Below, one piece after another: positions 17,483 to 27,575 of a stretch of DNA of 64,000 bases. The notes under the pieces were generated by a model. That model had not been told where the DNA came from, ran no database searches, and was given only the letters and a program-made list of their open reading frames with translations. The translations under genes were made by a program, and so were the position numbers. Location of the stretch: contig CACFNV010000004.1 in the NCBI GenBank assembly GCA_902567635.1, positions 1,483 to 65,482 on the forward strand, written 5' to 3'. The stretch's first letter is position 1. Each line of letters starts with the position of its first letter. Source of the stretch: an uncultured Alphaproteobacteria bacterium. Lineage in GTDB: Bacteria > Pseudomonadota > Alphaproteobacteria > Rhodobacterales > Rhodobacteraceae.

Positions 17483-17995
17483 ATGAAGCGTTTATTTCTA
17501 TCAATTTGTATTTTTTTTGTTCCTTTAACTTGTTGGTCAGAAACATATTTTGTTACCGGCACAGTGCAATCTGTTGAACCCGTTTATACCAATTCCAACC
17601 TAATTGTTCCTGAAAGGCGTTGCAGAAACATTAAAGTACCAGTATATGGGCAAGTAGCTAGTAATAGCGGTGCTTCTGGAGCGGACGTCTTAGGGGGAAT
17701 GGTTGTTGGTGCCTTGATTGGAAAAGCGCTGACAAATGATAATAACGCGGCTGGTGTAGGGGCCGTAATGGGTGGTGTTGTAGCAGCAGAACAGAATAAA
17801 CAAATGAAAACAAAAATAGTTGGGTATAACACGCAACAAAGATGTGAAATTGTTCAAGTCGTGCAACAACAAAACGCGGTCCAAAACTATAGAGTTATTT
17901 ACAGTTGGAATGGTTTAACAGGCTCTAGTCTGACAAATAGGTATTATGAATTAGGATCTAAAATACAAATAAAAGTTGGTTTGTCATTAGATTAA
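17483..17995 (+). CDS. Secreted glycine-zipper protein, YcfJ-like
   Basis: A signal peptide (MKRLFLSICIFFVPLTCWS) is followed by a glycine zipper (GGMVVGALIGKA...GVGAVMGGVVAA). Two conserved Cys contexts (RRCRNIKV, QQRCEIV) resemble E. coli YcfJ as I remember it. Confidence 0.65.
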   Translation: MKRLFLSICIFFVPLTCWSETYFVTGTVQSVEPVYTNSNLIVPERRCRNIKVPVYGQVASNSGASGADVLGGMVVGALIGKALTNDNNAAGVGAVMGGVVAAEQNKQMKTKIVGYNTQQRCEIVQVVQQQNAVQNYRVIYSWNGLTGSSLTNRYYELGSKIQIKVGLSLD

Positions 17996-18021
17996 TAAAT
18001 TTTAACAAGATAGTAACTATT

Positions 18022-18049
18022 TCAGTAATACAAAATTTTAAATTACTGA
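18022..18049. terminator. Weak AT-rich hairpin between convergent genes (possible bidirectional terminator)
   Basis: The stem is TCAGTAAT/ATTACTGA (8 bp) with a 12-nt loop. Its 3' arm overlaps the stop codon of the gene ending at 18043. There is no GC content and no clear U-tract. Confidence 0.25.
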
Positions 18050-19158
18050 TTGTAGATTAATTCTTTGTTTAACAGATTGAAATCAGAAACGCCCATTTGA
18101 GACATTCCTATTTCAATCTCTTTGGCCAAATTATTTACCATTTGAATCAATCCCAACATACCTTCTGCTCCTAAAGAGAAGAGAGCGGGTTTTCCAATCA
18201 TAACAAAATCTGCGCCTAAACACTTTGCCTTGATAATATCTTCTCCATTCCGAATTCCAGTATCAAAAATAACAACTGTATTTTTTTGAAGTATTGCGCG
18301 CACCTTTGGTAATTGTTCTATAGGTATTGGGGAACTATCAAACTGTCGTGATCCATGTCCTGAGACGTATATGGCATCCGCACCCAATTTTTCAGCTTTT
18401 TTTGCGTCCTTTGGATTTAAGATACCTTTAATAATAAGATTTCCTTTCCATAGTTTTCTTAATGACTTAAGAAATTTCCAATCAGCTGAACCTCTTGCTT
18501 TATTTCTGTCTATTTTCAATTTTTTTCCAAAATTGGCTGGACTCGGAATGCCATTAGCCAACATATCAAGACTCCAAATAGGGTGAAATGAGCAGTCCAC
18601 AATTTGCTTGAATGTTGGTTTAAATTGTGCTTTGAAGTTATGTTTTAATTCTCTTGGTCTTCTACCTAAGTCGGGAACATCAACAGTCAAAATTAGAGTT
18701 TTATAACCAGCGTTTTGTGCTCTCAAAGCCAAATCAAGCCCAGATTTTAAATCATCGTAAACATAGAGCTGAAACCAACCAAGCTCACCCGTCATATTAA
18801 ACGTTTTTTCCAGCGAGGTCGATGCCATAGTAGAAAAAGAAACTGGAGAATTAAATTTTCTAGCTAATTTAGCTATGCTTATATCAGCTTTAGAGTTTAC
18901 TAGATTGCACATTCCCATTGGGGCAATACCAAACGGAATATCAAATTCATGATTGAAAATTTTTGTTTTTATCGATTTTTTACTAATGCCAGAGAGAACA
19001 TTTTGTAATAACTTTATTTTTTGGAATGAATTATAATTTGATTTTTCACCATCCCCCTCTAATGCAGTTCCATCCACATAGTCAAAAATCATCTCAGGAA
19101 GTTTTTTTTTGGCAAGGTTTCTAGCGTCATCAAGACAGTGAATAGAACTTTTTTTCAT
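18043..19158 (-). CDS. FMN-dependent alpha-hydroxy-acid dehydrogenase family, divergent paralogue
   Basis: FQLYVYDD is present and the active-site region reads SGHGSRQFD, against the canonical SNHGGRQ. The length is 371 aa. Confidence 0.8.
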   Translation of the reverse strand: MKKSSIHCLDDARNLAKKKLPEMIFDYVDGTALEGDGEKSNYNSFQKIKLLQNVLSGISKKSIKTKIFNHEFDIPFGIAPMGMCNLVNSKADISIAKLARKFNSPVSFSTMASTSLEKTFNMTGELGWFQLYVYDDLKSGLDLALRAQNAGYKTLILTVDVPDLGRRPRELKHNFKAQFKPTFKQIVDCSFHPIWSLDMLANGIPSPANFGKKLKIDRNKARGSADWKFLKSLRKLWKGNLIIKGILNPKDAKKAEKLGADAIYVSGHGSRQFDSSPIPIEQLPKVRAILQKNTVVIFDTGIRNGEDIIKAKCLGADFVMIGKPALFSLGAEGMLGLIQMVNNLAKEIEIGMSQMGVSDFNLLNKELIYNQ

Positions 19159-19251
19159 TAATTAATCCATTTCATAGAAGATTTTGTTTGAAATATTGAA
19201 GATAAGCTACTAAATGAGATTAGTCAAAAAAGAGTAAGAAATATAACTATA

Positions 19252-19857
19252 ATGAATATATCACTTGTTGAACTTACACAAATTATCCTAGCGGATATTT
19301 TCCTTTCAGGAGATAACGCCATAATAATTGGGATGGCTGCTGCCGGATTGTCTGAAAAATTTAGACGAAGAGTGATATTTTGGGGAATGGCGCTTGCAGC
19401 GGGTTTTCGAATAATATTTGCCGCTATAGCATCTTTTCTTATTCAAATTCCAGGCATTCTAATTTTTGGTGGTGTTCTATTAACTTTTGTTTGTTGGCGA
19501 TTTTTTAAGGAAATTCGGCATAGTCACAGTATCAAAAAAGATGAAGTTAATAGTGAGCTAAGTGAAAAATTGACCGAAAAACAACAATTTTCCCAAGCTC
19601 TTTTTACAATTGCTATTGCAGATATTTCCATGTCACTTGATAATGTCGTGGCAGTAGCAGCTATAGCAAGGGAAGATACTGTTCTTTTAATCTTTGGTTT
19701 GGTTTTAGCTATTGTTCTTATGGCATTTTTTGCAACCATGATAATGAAAGTAATGACTAAATACCCTTGGATATCTTGGGTAGGCTTGATTTTCTTGATT
19801 TATTTGACACTCAAAATGCTTATAGATGGCTTTGAAGAGCTTTTACATATTCTTTGA
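19252..19857 (+). CDS. TerC/YjbE-family integral membrane protein
   Basis: The motif is duplicated (LSGDNAIIIGMAA and SLDNVVAVAAIA) and the protein has about 6 TM helices. Confidence 0.8.
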   Translation: MNISLVELTQIILADIFLSGDNAIIIGMAAAGLSEKFRRRVIFWGMALAAGFRIIFAAIASFLIQIPGILIFGGVLLTFVCWRFFKEIRHSHSIKKDEVNSELSEKLTEKQQFSQALFTIAIADISMSLDNVVAVAAIAREDTVLLIFGLVLAIVLMAFFATMIMKVMTKYPWISWVGLIFLIYLTLKMLIDGFEELLHIL

Positions 19858-19862
19858 TCTTT

Positions 19863-21383
19863 ATGATAGGCAAAAAACAAAATAGTAGGATTGAGAATTT
19901 TGATATCTTTATTATCGGTGGCGGCGTAAATGGTGCAGGTATTCTTAGAGATGCAGCTGGACGAGGTATAAAAGCAGGTTTAGCAGAAATGAACGATTTT
20001 GGTTCAGCAACGTCTTCCGCTTCAACAAAACTCTTTCATGGAGGATTAAGGTATTTAGAAACATATCAATTTAGACTTGTCAAAGAGGCTTTGGCTGAGA
20101 GAGATATTTTATTGAATTTAATGCCTCATATAAGCTGGCCACTAAAATTTGTTCTACCCCATAAAAAGGGTTTAAGGCCCTATTGGATACTGCGTATTGC
20201 TCTCTATATTTATGATTTTTTAGCGCGCAATTCTAAATTACCCAAAAGTGTTGGATTAAATTTAGATGAAGATATCTCAGGAAAATATTTGAAAGATGTT
20301 TCTAAAAAGGCCTTGCAGTATTCGGATTGCTGGGTTGAAGATTCAAGACTTGTATTCCTAAACGTAAAGGATGCCATTAATAAAGGAGCTAGTGCCTTTT
20401 CTTATTCACAGGTTACCAAGATTATCAAAGAGGAAAAAAATTGGCTAGTAACAATAAAAGGAAAAAAAGGAAATTTTAAAGTAAGAGCCCCTATAATTAT
20501 TAACGCGGTAGGGCACTGGATAGAGGAATTTAAAGAAATATTTGGAGAGCCAGTCAAGTCTGGATCGGTTAGGTTAGTTAAAGGAAGTCACATTGTTGTA
20601 AAAAAAATTTTTGATCATGATAAAGCTTACATCCTTCAAGGAGAAGATGGCCGAATAATATTCTGTATCCCCTATGAAGGGAGCTTTACCTTAATTGGAA
20701 CCACTGAAGTAGAACATCGAATCGGCAACCAAATTAACTGTTCGAATGAAGAAAAGGAATATCTGTGTAATTTTGCATCTAAGTATTTTAAGAAAAAAGT
20801 TTCTACTAAGGATATCGTTTGGGAATATTCGGGCGTTAGAGCGCTACATGAAAATAAAAATATTAAAGCTAAAGATGCCAGCCGAGATTATTTCTTGGAT
20901 CTTGAGAGAATTAATAAAATCTCATGCCTTTCTGTTTATGGAGGTAAAATAACTGCATACAGAAAACTTTCAGAGAAAGTTGTAAGCAAAATTTCAAAAA
21001 CCCTAGGCTTAAAAACAAGTGAATGGACATCAACAGAATCATTGCCAGGAGGTGATTTTAGACTTTCGGAGAAAAGGGAAATTATAGATAAATTAATAAA
21101 AAATTATCCATTTTTAACCAGAAGTTGGGCGGAGAGGCTCTTTAAGACATTTGGAACTCAAACAAATACAGTAATAGGGTCTGCAAAAAACTTAAAAGAT
21201 ATGGGAAGGAAATTTGGTTCAGATTTAACTGAAAAAGAGGTAAATTGGTTTTTAGAAAATGAGTATGTATACACTGTTGAAGATCTGATTTGGAGACGTA
21301 CAAAAATAGGTTTAAGGCTTTCTAAACAAGAAATAAAAGCCCTGGATTTATACATAAAGAAAAGATTAAAGAAAAGGTCATGA
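19863..21383 (+). CDS. glpD: Aerobic glycerol-3-phosphate dehydrogenase (FAD)
   Basis: The FAD fingerprint is FIIGGGVNGAGILRDAAGRG and the family motif is LFHGGLRYLE. I prefer the ATG at 19863 over the TTG at 19854. Confidence 0.9.
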   Translation: MIGKKQNSRIENFDIFIIGGGVNGAGILRDAAGRGIKAGLAEMNDFGSATSSASTKLFHGGLRYLETYQFRLVKEALAERDILLNLMPHISWPLKFVLPHKKGLRPYWILRIALYIYDFLARNSKLPKSVGLNLDEDISGKYLKDVSKKALQYSDCWVEDSRLVFLNVKDAINKGASAFSYSQVTKIIKEEKNWLVTIKGKKGNFKVRAPIIINAVGHWIEEFKEIFGEPVKSGSVRLVKGSHIVVKKIFDHDKAYILQGEDGRIIFCIPYEGSFTLIGTTEVEHRIGNQINCSNEEKEYLCNFASKYFKKKVSTKDIVWEYSGVRALHENKNIKAKDASRDYFLDLERINKISCLSVYGGKITAYRKLSEKVVSKISKTLGLKTSEWTSTESLPGGDFRLSEKREIIDKLIKNYPFLTRSWAERLFKTFGTQTNTVIGSAKNLKDMGRKFGSDLTEKEVNWFLENEYVYTVEDLIWRRTKIGLRLSKQEIKALDLYIKKRLKKRS

Positions 21384-21384
21384 A

Positions 21385-22875
21385 ATGACATATATTCTAG
21401 CTATTGATCAAGGTACAACATCTACTAGGTCCATAATTTTTGATAAAAATCTCAGAGTAGTACAATCATCTCAGAAAGAAATCACACAATATTTTCCTAA
21501 GCCTGGTTGGGTTGAGCATGATCCTGAAGAGATATTTGAAACCGTAATTGATACTGTTAGGGATGTAATAAACAAAACTGGTATTACAGTTAACGAAATT
21601 GTTTCAATCGGAATTACCAACCAACGGGAAACTACAATTATTTGGGATGCCATTAGCGGAAAAACCCTATCCCGTGCAATTGTATGGCAGGACAGGAGAA
21701 CAAGTGAATATTGTAAAGAATTGAGATCAAAAAGTTATGAACAATTTTTTCAGGAAAAAACAGGACTTTTAATTGATCCATATTTTTCAGCGACAAAGTT
21801 AAAATGGCTGTTAGACAAGCATGACCCAGATCGAGAAAAATCAAGAAAGGGGGAGCTAAAGTTTGGTACAATAGATAGCTTTTTAATATGGAAACTTAGC
21901 AAAGGCAGTAGCCATGTTTCAGATATTACTAATGCATCAAGGACAATGATGTTTAACATTAAGGATCAAGATTGGGATATTGAAATTCTAAATTTGTTAG
22001 ATATTCCAATTATGATTTTGCCTGAGGTAAAAGAATGTGCTGATGAGTTCGGTACTGTATCAAGTGATTTCTTAGGAACCCCCATTCCTATTAATGGGGT
22101 AGCTGGTGATCAGCAAGCTGCAACCATAGGTCAAGCTTGCTTTGAAAAAGGTATGATAAAGTCGACATATGGAACAGGTTGTTTTGCTCTAATGAATATT
22201 GGAAACCAAATTGTGTACAGTAAAAATAAATTATTGACAACAATAGCTTACAAAATAGAGGGCGAATTAGCTTTCGCTTTAGAAGGATCAATATTCATCG
22301 CGGGCGCAGTTGTTCAATGGCTCAGAGACTCAATAAAAATTATAGGTGAAGCAAAAGAGGCAGGTCTATTAGCAAAAAAAGCAAAGGACCAGGAAATTTA
22401 TTTTGTTCCTGCTTTTACTGGTCTTGGTGCACCTTATTGGGACTCAGAAGCAAGAGGAGGTATATTTGGGTTATTGCGTGATACTGGAAGAGAGGAAATA
22501 GCATTGGCAGCTTTAGAAAGTATAGGGTTTCAAACAAGGGACCTTTTGGAGGCCATGCGTAAGGATTTGCTTGGTCTTGATATTCAGAAAGTTAAGTTAA
22601 GAGTAGATGGCGGTATGACACAGTCAATAGAGACAATGCAAATACTGGCAGATCTATCAGGAGTGGAAATAAACATACCAGAAACGCAAGAATCTACAGC
22701 GAAAGGGGTTGCATGGTTGGCTGGAATGAAACAGGGACTCTATAGCAAAAAAGAAGATTATTCAAAAGATTGGAAAGTTATGAAGACTTTTTCGCCTAAA
22801 ATTTCATCTCAGGACAAAGAAATAAGATATTCTGGCTGGGTAGATGCTGTAAACAAAACAAGAAAATCAAACTAG
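21385..22875 (+). CDS. glpK: Glycerol kinase
   Basis: The FGGY-kinase N-terminus AIDQGTTSTRSIIFD is present, together with GITNQRETTIIWD and VDGGMTQS. The gene starts 1 nt after glpD. Confidence 0.95.
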   Translation: MTYILAIDQGTTSTRSIIFDKNLRVVQSSQKEITQYFPKPGWVEHDPEEIFETVIDTVRDVINKTGITVNEIVSIGITNQRETTIIWDAISGKTLSRAIVWQDRRTSEYCKELRSKSYEQFFQEKTGLLIDPYFSATKLKWLLDKHDPDREKSRKGELKFGTIDSFLIWKLSKGSSHVSDITNASRTMMFNIKDQDWDIEILNLLDIPIMILPEVKECADEFGTVSSDFLGTPIPINGVAGDQQAATIGQACFEKGMIKSTYGTGCFALMNIGNQIVYSKNKLLTTIAYKIEGELAFALEGSIFIAGAVVQWLRDSIKIIGEAKEAGLLAKKAKDQEIYFVPAFTGLGAPYWDSEARGGIFGLLRDTGREEIALAALESIGFQTRDLLEAMRKDLLGLDIQKVKLRVDGGMTQSIETMQILADLSGVEINIPETQESTAKGVAWLAGMKQGLYSKKEDYSKDWKVMKTFSPKISSQDKEIRYSGWVDAVNKTRKSN

Positions 22876-23780
22876 CCTAATTTAGAAACAATTTGAAAAT
22901 CGTTTTCTACCAATACTTTATGAAGGTGTCTAATATGATCTGGTCCAATTTCGCAGCAACCACCAACTATTGAGGCGCCGTTTCTAGCCCAACCTAAAGC
23001 ATGTTTTGCGTATTCCTTAGGCCCCAAATCTTTTCTTGCTTCCAAAACAGAAACGTTACTCGCATTTTTTAGAGGCTCTATAGATGTAAATCCATTCGCA
23101 TAACCACCAAAATGATCGCAATTATTTCTCATAACTTCAATCCCCTTATCTATCGCTTCTGGAAAAGAACAATTCAAAAGAAATTTTTTCTGACCAATTT
23201 TTTGCATTTCTTTGACCGAAGATAGAAGCGGTTCTCCTGATCTAAGCTCAGCTTTTTCATTATCTTCTAGGCTAAAAGCACACCATACATCCTTTTTGCT
23301 AGTATTTGCAGCAGTTACAGCGGCTTTAGCTTCCTTAAGTGATGACATTGTTTCACAAATAAATAAGTCTACTGTCTTTTCCTGCTGACGAACTATCTCT
23401 AAATAAAGATCGACGCATTTATCAAAGCTGGGCGCTTTTTCGGGAACATAACTCCATACCAATGGTGGCAAACATCCTGCTATAAGAACATCTTTTCCAC
23501 AATTATCGATAGCAGACTTAGCTAAATCTATTGCTTTTGTTTGTAGAAAGCTGAATTTATCATATAATCCATTTTCTTCTAAGCGGTCTGGGGTAGTTGA
23601 GTACGTGTTCAATGTAATTACACTTGCTCCAGACTGAATATAGCTTTCATGAACTTTTCTTACCAAATTAGGTTCCTCTAGCATGACAAATGTAGACCAT
23701 AGAGGATGAGGGTCTGATTTGGACAACTTTATTAGCTCTTGCCCCATTCCTCCATCCAAAAGAATTATTTTCTCTGACAT
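22872..23780 (-). CDS. Homocysteine S-methyltransferase family protein (MmuM/BHMT-like)
   Basis: LLDGGMGQEL lies at the N-terminus. The zinc-ligand cysteines sit in IAGCLPP and GGCCEIGPDHI. The protein is 302 aa and the gene lies 9 nt downstream of the last permease gene. Confidence 0.85.
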   Translation of the reverse strand: MSEKIILLDGGMGQELIKLSKSDPHPLWSTFVMLEEPNLVRKVHESYIQSGASVITLNTYSTTPDRLEENGLYDKFSFLQTKAIDLAKSAIDNCGKDVLIAGCLPPLVWSYVPEKAPSFDKCVDLYLEIVRQQEKTVDLFICETMSSLKEAKAAVTAANTSKKDVWCAFSLEDNEKAELRSGEPLLSSVKEMQKIGQKKFLLNCSFPEAIDKGIEVMRNNCDHFGGYANGFTSIEPLKNASNVSVLEARKDLGPKEYAKHALGWARNGASIVGGCCEIGPDHIRHLHKVLVENDFQIVSKLG

Positions 23781-23789
23781 TTTTCTTTC

Positions 23790-25097
23790 CTACTTGCCTT
23801 CTGGGAAAATTCCTTTTGGTGAAAATCTCAAAACTAATAAAAGTAAAAGTCCCATCATTATATACCGCATATGAGCAGCATTAGTCAAAAGCTGTATTCG
23901 TAAAGGATTAGTTTCGTTTAGGGGGCTAGTGATTAACTCAACCAAATATAAGCCTATTGGTTCGGCCTCTACCCATAAGAGCCACACAATAAAACCACCT
24001 ATTATTGACCCATAATTATTTCCCGTTCCACCAATTATAACCATTACCCAGACTGTAAATGTAAAGCGCAGGGGCTGATAAGTTGTAGGAGTAAATTGAC
24101 CCTCTAAAGTAGTTAACATTGCCCCTGCCAAGCCTATTATAGCTGATCCAAGAATGAAAATTTCTAAATGCCTAGCTTTTACATTTTTTCCCATTGCCCT
24201 TGCTGAAATCTCGTTATCTCTAATGGCTCTCATCATCCTACCCCAGGGAGATTTAAGAGCTATCTCGGACATAACAAAAAGAATAGTAACAACTGCCAAA
24301 AATAATGAACAGTAGCACAATTTTACCAATATTGAAGAAGACTCAACTATAGGAAAATTATATCTTTCACAAAAATCAATAAACCATGTGCTTTCTTGAA
24401 GCCTTATTTCATAGGGAACAGGTCTTGGTAAACCATTAACGTTTTTTACTCCCCTGGTAAGCCAATCTTCATTTTTTAATATATAAATAATAACCTCAGC
24501 TATACCTAACGTTGCTATTGCAAGGTAATCACTTCTTAAACCAAGTGTTATTTTCCCAATTACGAATGCTACAATACCTGCAAAAACTCCTCCAACGACC
24601 CAAGAGAAAATAATAGGCAGTCCAAAGCCCCCAAGAAAACCAGAAGCAGCTGGTTCAAAAGACTCTATTTTTTCTACAGCAGGTGATCCATAAATATTTA
24701 TTAAAAATAGTGATATTAAAATAAAAGCAAATATAGTTGTTCTTTTATAAAGTTTAGATAGGTAAGATCTTGAAACAAAAATCGATGCTAAAGTAGCTAT
24801 AGCAATTATTATTGCGCTTAATAAAATTCCAGCTCCTCCGAGTGAAATTGTTTCTGGAACAGGTGGATAGGAAATTAATACCGCAGCCAAACCGCCAAGA
24901 GCGGCAAAACCCATTACACCAGCGTTGAAAATCCCTGCATATCCTAGTTGGATGTTTACCCCAAGGGCCATCGTGGCAGAGATAAGACAGAGGTTAAATA
25001 TGCCTAAAGCAACATTCCAACTTTGAAGTAATCCAATCAAAACGATTGCAAAAAAGAATGTGGAGAAAATTACAATTCTTCTTTGAATAAAACTCAT
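23790..25097 (-). CDS. livM: HAAT-family (LIV-type) ABC transporter permease
   Basis: This is a polytopic membrane protein of 435 aa. It shows the LivM-type insertion and the RMMRAIRDNEISARAMGKN motif. It overlaps livH by 4 nt. Confidence 0.85.
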   Translation of the reverse strand: MSFIQRRIVIFSTFFFAIVLIGLLQSWNVALGIFNLCLISATMALGVNIQLGYAGIFNAGVMGFAALGGLAAVLISYPPVPETISLGGAGILLSAIIIAIATLASIFVSRSYLSKLYKRTTIFAFILISLFLINIYGSPAVEKIESFEPAASGFLGGFGLPIIFSWVVGGVFAGIVAFVIGKITLGLRSDYLAIATLGIAEVIIYILKNEDWLTRGVKNVNGLPRPVPYEIRLQESTWFIDFCERYNFPIVESSSILVKLCYCSLFLAVVTILFVMSEIALKSPWGRMMRAIRDNEISARAMGKNVKARHLEIFILGSAIIGLAGAMLTTLEGQFTPTTYQPLRFTFTVWVMVIIGGTGNNYGSIIGGFIVWLLWVEAEPIGLYLVELITSPLNETNPLRIQLLTNAAHMRYIMMGLLLLLVLRFSPKGIFPEGK

Positions 25098-26104
25098 AAT
25101 GTCTTCCCGCTAAATATACCTGTTGGTCTTATAATCAATACGATAACTAAAATAATAAATGAAACTGCGAACTTATAATCCGTGGAAAGAAATTGCATCA
25201 TGCTATCAGGCCCTAGTCCCTCTGGCAAAATATAGCCTAATACTTTTTTGTAAGCAAAAGTGACGAAAAGCTCGGAAAGCGCAATAATGTAGCCACCCAC
25301 GAAAGCTCCCAAAGGATTACCTACGCCTCCAACAATAGCTGCAGAGAAGATAGGAAGAAGCATTTGAAGAAAAATAAATGGTTTATAAACTTTGTCCAAT
25401 CCATATAAAACTCCAGCAAAAGTTGCTAGACCACCAGCTATAACCCATGTAAGCAAAACGACTTTATTTGGGTCAATTCCTGACAGCAAAGCTAAATCTT
25501 CATTATCTGAAAACGCTCTCATAGACTTTCCTGTTCTTGTCTTGTTCAAAAACCAAAACAACAAAAAGCATAGAGCTATAGTAGTGATTACAGTAATAGC
25601 TTGTGTAGTCTTTAATCCAAATCCTTCATTTAATCCCGTAAAATTTTTGAAATCTCTAACAGTAAATAAAAATCTTACACCATCATTAAAACTTTGGTCA
25701 CTAGGTCCAATAATAAATCTTATCAGCCCCGCTGTGAAAAACATTACTCCTATTGAAGCTATTAGGAAAACAATTGGATCGGATTTTTTTGTCCGGTAAT
25801 AATAAAAAACTATTCGTTCAAGTAATATGCAATAAATAACGCTAAATAAAATTGCAATTGGTAGGAACAAAAGCGCTGTAGGTAAAAAACCAAAATTTAT
25901 CCCATAACTTTGACCCAACCATGTGAACAAAATGCAAACCATAGTACCAAATGACATTATTTCCCCATGAGCAAAATTAGAAAACCTTAAAACGGCGTAT
26001 ATTAAAGTAACGCCAAGTGCCCCCAGAGCTAGTTGGCTCCCATAAGTTAGTCCTGGCAATAGAATGTAGTTTGTTATCAGCGCTAAAGCGTTTAAATAAT
26101 CCAT
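25094..26104 (-). CDS. livH: HAAT-family (LIV-type) ABC transporter permease
   Basis: Membrane protein of 336 aa. Motifs: SMRAFSDNEDLALLSGIDPNKV and the C-terminal FLIIRPTGIF region. Confidence 0.85.
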   Translation of the reverse strand: MDYLNALALITNYILLPGLTYGSQLALGALGVTLIYAVLRFSNFAHGEIMSFGTMVCILFTWLGQSYGINFGFLPTALLFLPIAILFSVIYCILLERIVFYYYRTKKSDPIVFLIASIGVMFFTAGLIRFIIGPSDQSFNDGVRFLFTVRDFKNFTGLNEGFGLKTTQAITVITTIALCFLLFWFLNKTRTGKSMRAFSDNEDLALLSGIDPNKVVLLTWVIAGGLATFAGVLYGLDKVYKPFIFLQMLLPIFSAAIVGGVGNPLGAFVGGYIIALSELFVTFAYKKVLGYILPEGLGPDSMMQFLSTDYKFAVSFIILVIVLIIRPTGIFSGKTL

Positions 26105-26806
26105 CTATCCTCCCAAGAAAGCCTTTCTTACTTCTTTGTTGGCAAGAAGGTTAGAGCCTTTATCGGTATATCTGTTTTCTCCCTGAACTAATACAAAGCC
26201 ATGATCAGCAATCTTTAATGCTTGTTTAGCATTTTGCTCTACCATTAAAATAGCAATCCCAGCTTTTGAAATCTCAATAATTTTTTCAAAGAGTTCCTTT
26301 ACGACTATAGGGGATACACCCGCGGTCGGCTCATCTAACATAAGAAGTTTTGGGTTAGTCATCAATGCCCTACCGACAGCGACTTGTTGTCTTTGTCCAC
26401 CAGAAAGCTCCCCAACGAGTTGTTTTTCCTTTTCTTTAAGTATTGGAAATAATTTAAAAACCTCCTGCACATTTTCTTCAAAGTTATCTTTGTTTATGAA
26501 ACCTCCTATTTCCATATTTTCCAGAACTGTCATAGAGGTAAAAACATTGTTTGTTTGAGGAACAAACCCCATACCCTTACCAACTCTTTCTTGAGGCTTT
26601 AGAGACGTGATATCTTGATTATCAAAAATAACCTTCCCGGCTTGTAAATTTAACATTCCAAATATAGCGCGCATAGCCGTTGACTTACCCGCTCCATTAG
26701 GTCCCACAATTACAGCTATTTCACCTTTTTCTACGGAAATTGAGCAACCATTCAAGATAGTTGTCTCACCATAACCTCCTAGCATATTTTCAGCATTCAA
26801 AAACAT
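26105..26806 (-). CDS. livF: HAAT-family ABC transporter ATP-binding protein
   Basis: Walker A GPNGAGKST, signature LSGGQRQ and Walker B LLMLDEPTAG are present. The length is 233 aa. Confidence 0.9.
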   Translation of the reverse strand: MFLNAENMLGGYGETTILNGCSISVEKGEIAVIVGPNGAGKSTAMRAIFGMLNLQAGKVIFDNQDITSLKPQERVGKGMGFVPQTNNVFTSMTVLENMEIGGFINKDNFEENVQEVFKLFPILKEKEKQLVGELSGGQRQQVAVGRALMTNPKLLMLDEPTAGVSPIVVKELFEKIIEISKAGIAILMVEQNAKQALKIADHGFVLVQGENRYTDKGSNLLANKEVRKAFLGG

Positions 26807-26819
26807 TAATACTGACCCT

Positions 26820-27572
26820 TCAATTCCCCAAATAAGCCTCTATAACTCTATCGTCATTTTTTATATTTTCAGCCGAATCTTCAGTTAGAACCTTACCGTC
26901 AGTCATTACGATGACCGGGTCACAAAGTGCAGAGATAAATTCGATATCATGCTCTATCATAAAAAATGTATAACCATAGTCTTTATTGAGCTGCCTAATT
27001 GATTCAGCAATCTTTTTTAATAGAGTTTTATTAACACCTGCGCCAACTTCATCCAAAAGTACTAATTTTGCATCTACCATCATAGTTCGCCCCAACTCTA
27101 ATAATTTCTTTTGTCCTCCTGAAAGGCTTCCAGCTTTATCATTCTCAAGGTGAAAAAGATTCAAAAATTTCATTACTGAGGATGCTTTCTCAAAAACAAT
27201 CTGTTCTTCTGCCTTTATTTTTTTAGGCGAGAGCCATGTGTTTAAAATTTTTTCTCCCGTCTGCTTTGGAGGAACCATCATAAGGTTTTCTCTAACAGTA
27301 AGATTCTCAAATTCATGAGCGATCTGAAAGGTTCTCAATACACCTTTGTCAAAAAGTTGGTCTGATCTTAGACCAGATATCTCTTCCCCTTCTAGTGTAA
27401 TATTGCCTTTATCAGGGAAATAAAAGCCAGCAATTATATTGAAAAGAGTGGTTTTGCCTGCTCCATTTGGACCTATAAGACCAGTAATTGACCCTTTCTT
27501 TATTTCTAGAGAAACATCATTTACGGCTTTAATCCCACCGAAATTCTTTGATAAGTTTTTTATCTCTATCAT
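26820..27572 (-). CDS. livG: HAAT-family ABC transporter ATP-binding protein
   Basis: Walker [10 protein letters not shown], signature LSGGQKK and Walker [11 protein letters not shown] are present. The length is 250 aa. Confidence 0.9.
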   Translation of the reverse strand: MIEIKNLSKNFGGIKAVNDVSLEIKKGSITGLIGPNGAGKTTLFNIIAGFYFPDKGNITLEGEEISGLRSDQLFDKGVLRTFQIAHEFENLTVRENLMMVPPKQTGEKILNTWLSPKKIKAEEQIVFEKASSVMKFLNLFHLENDKAGSLSGGQKKLLELGRTMMVDAKLVLLDEVGAGVNKTLLKKIAESIRQLNKDYGYTFFMIEHDIEFISALCDPVIVMTDGKVLTEDSAENIKNDDRVIEAYLGN

Positions 27573-27575
27573 AAC

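Noticed and set aside
17254-17562. The 102-aa minus-strand ORF from the ORF track as a full-length gene
   Set aside because: Its 5' third overlaps the start of the YcfJ-like gene on the other strand. It also runs straight through the terminator hairpin and the homopolymer runs, and it has no ribosome-binding site at 17562. I kept only the 3' 36 codons, preceded by AGGGAGG, as a low-confidence candidate.
19159-19251. A possible yybP-ykoY (manganese) riboswitch upstream of the TerC-family gene
   Set aside because: The 93-nt spacer is almost pure A/T and lacks the GC-rich conserved helices and the GGGGAGUAG-type core of that riboswitch class.
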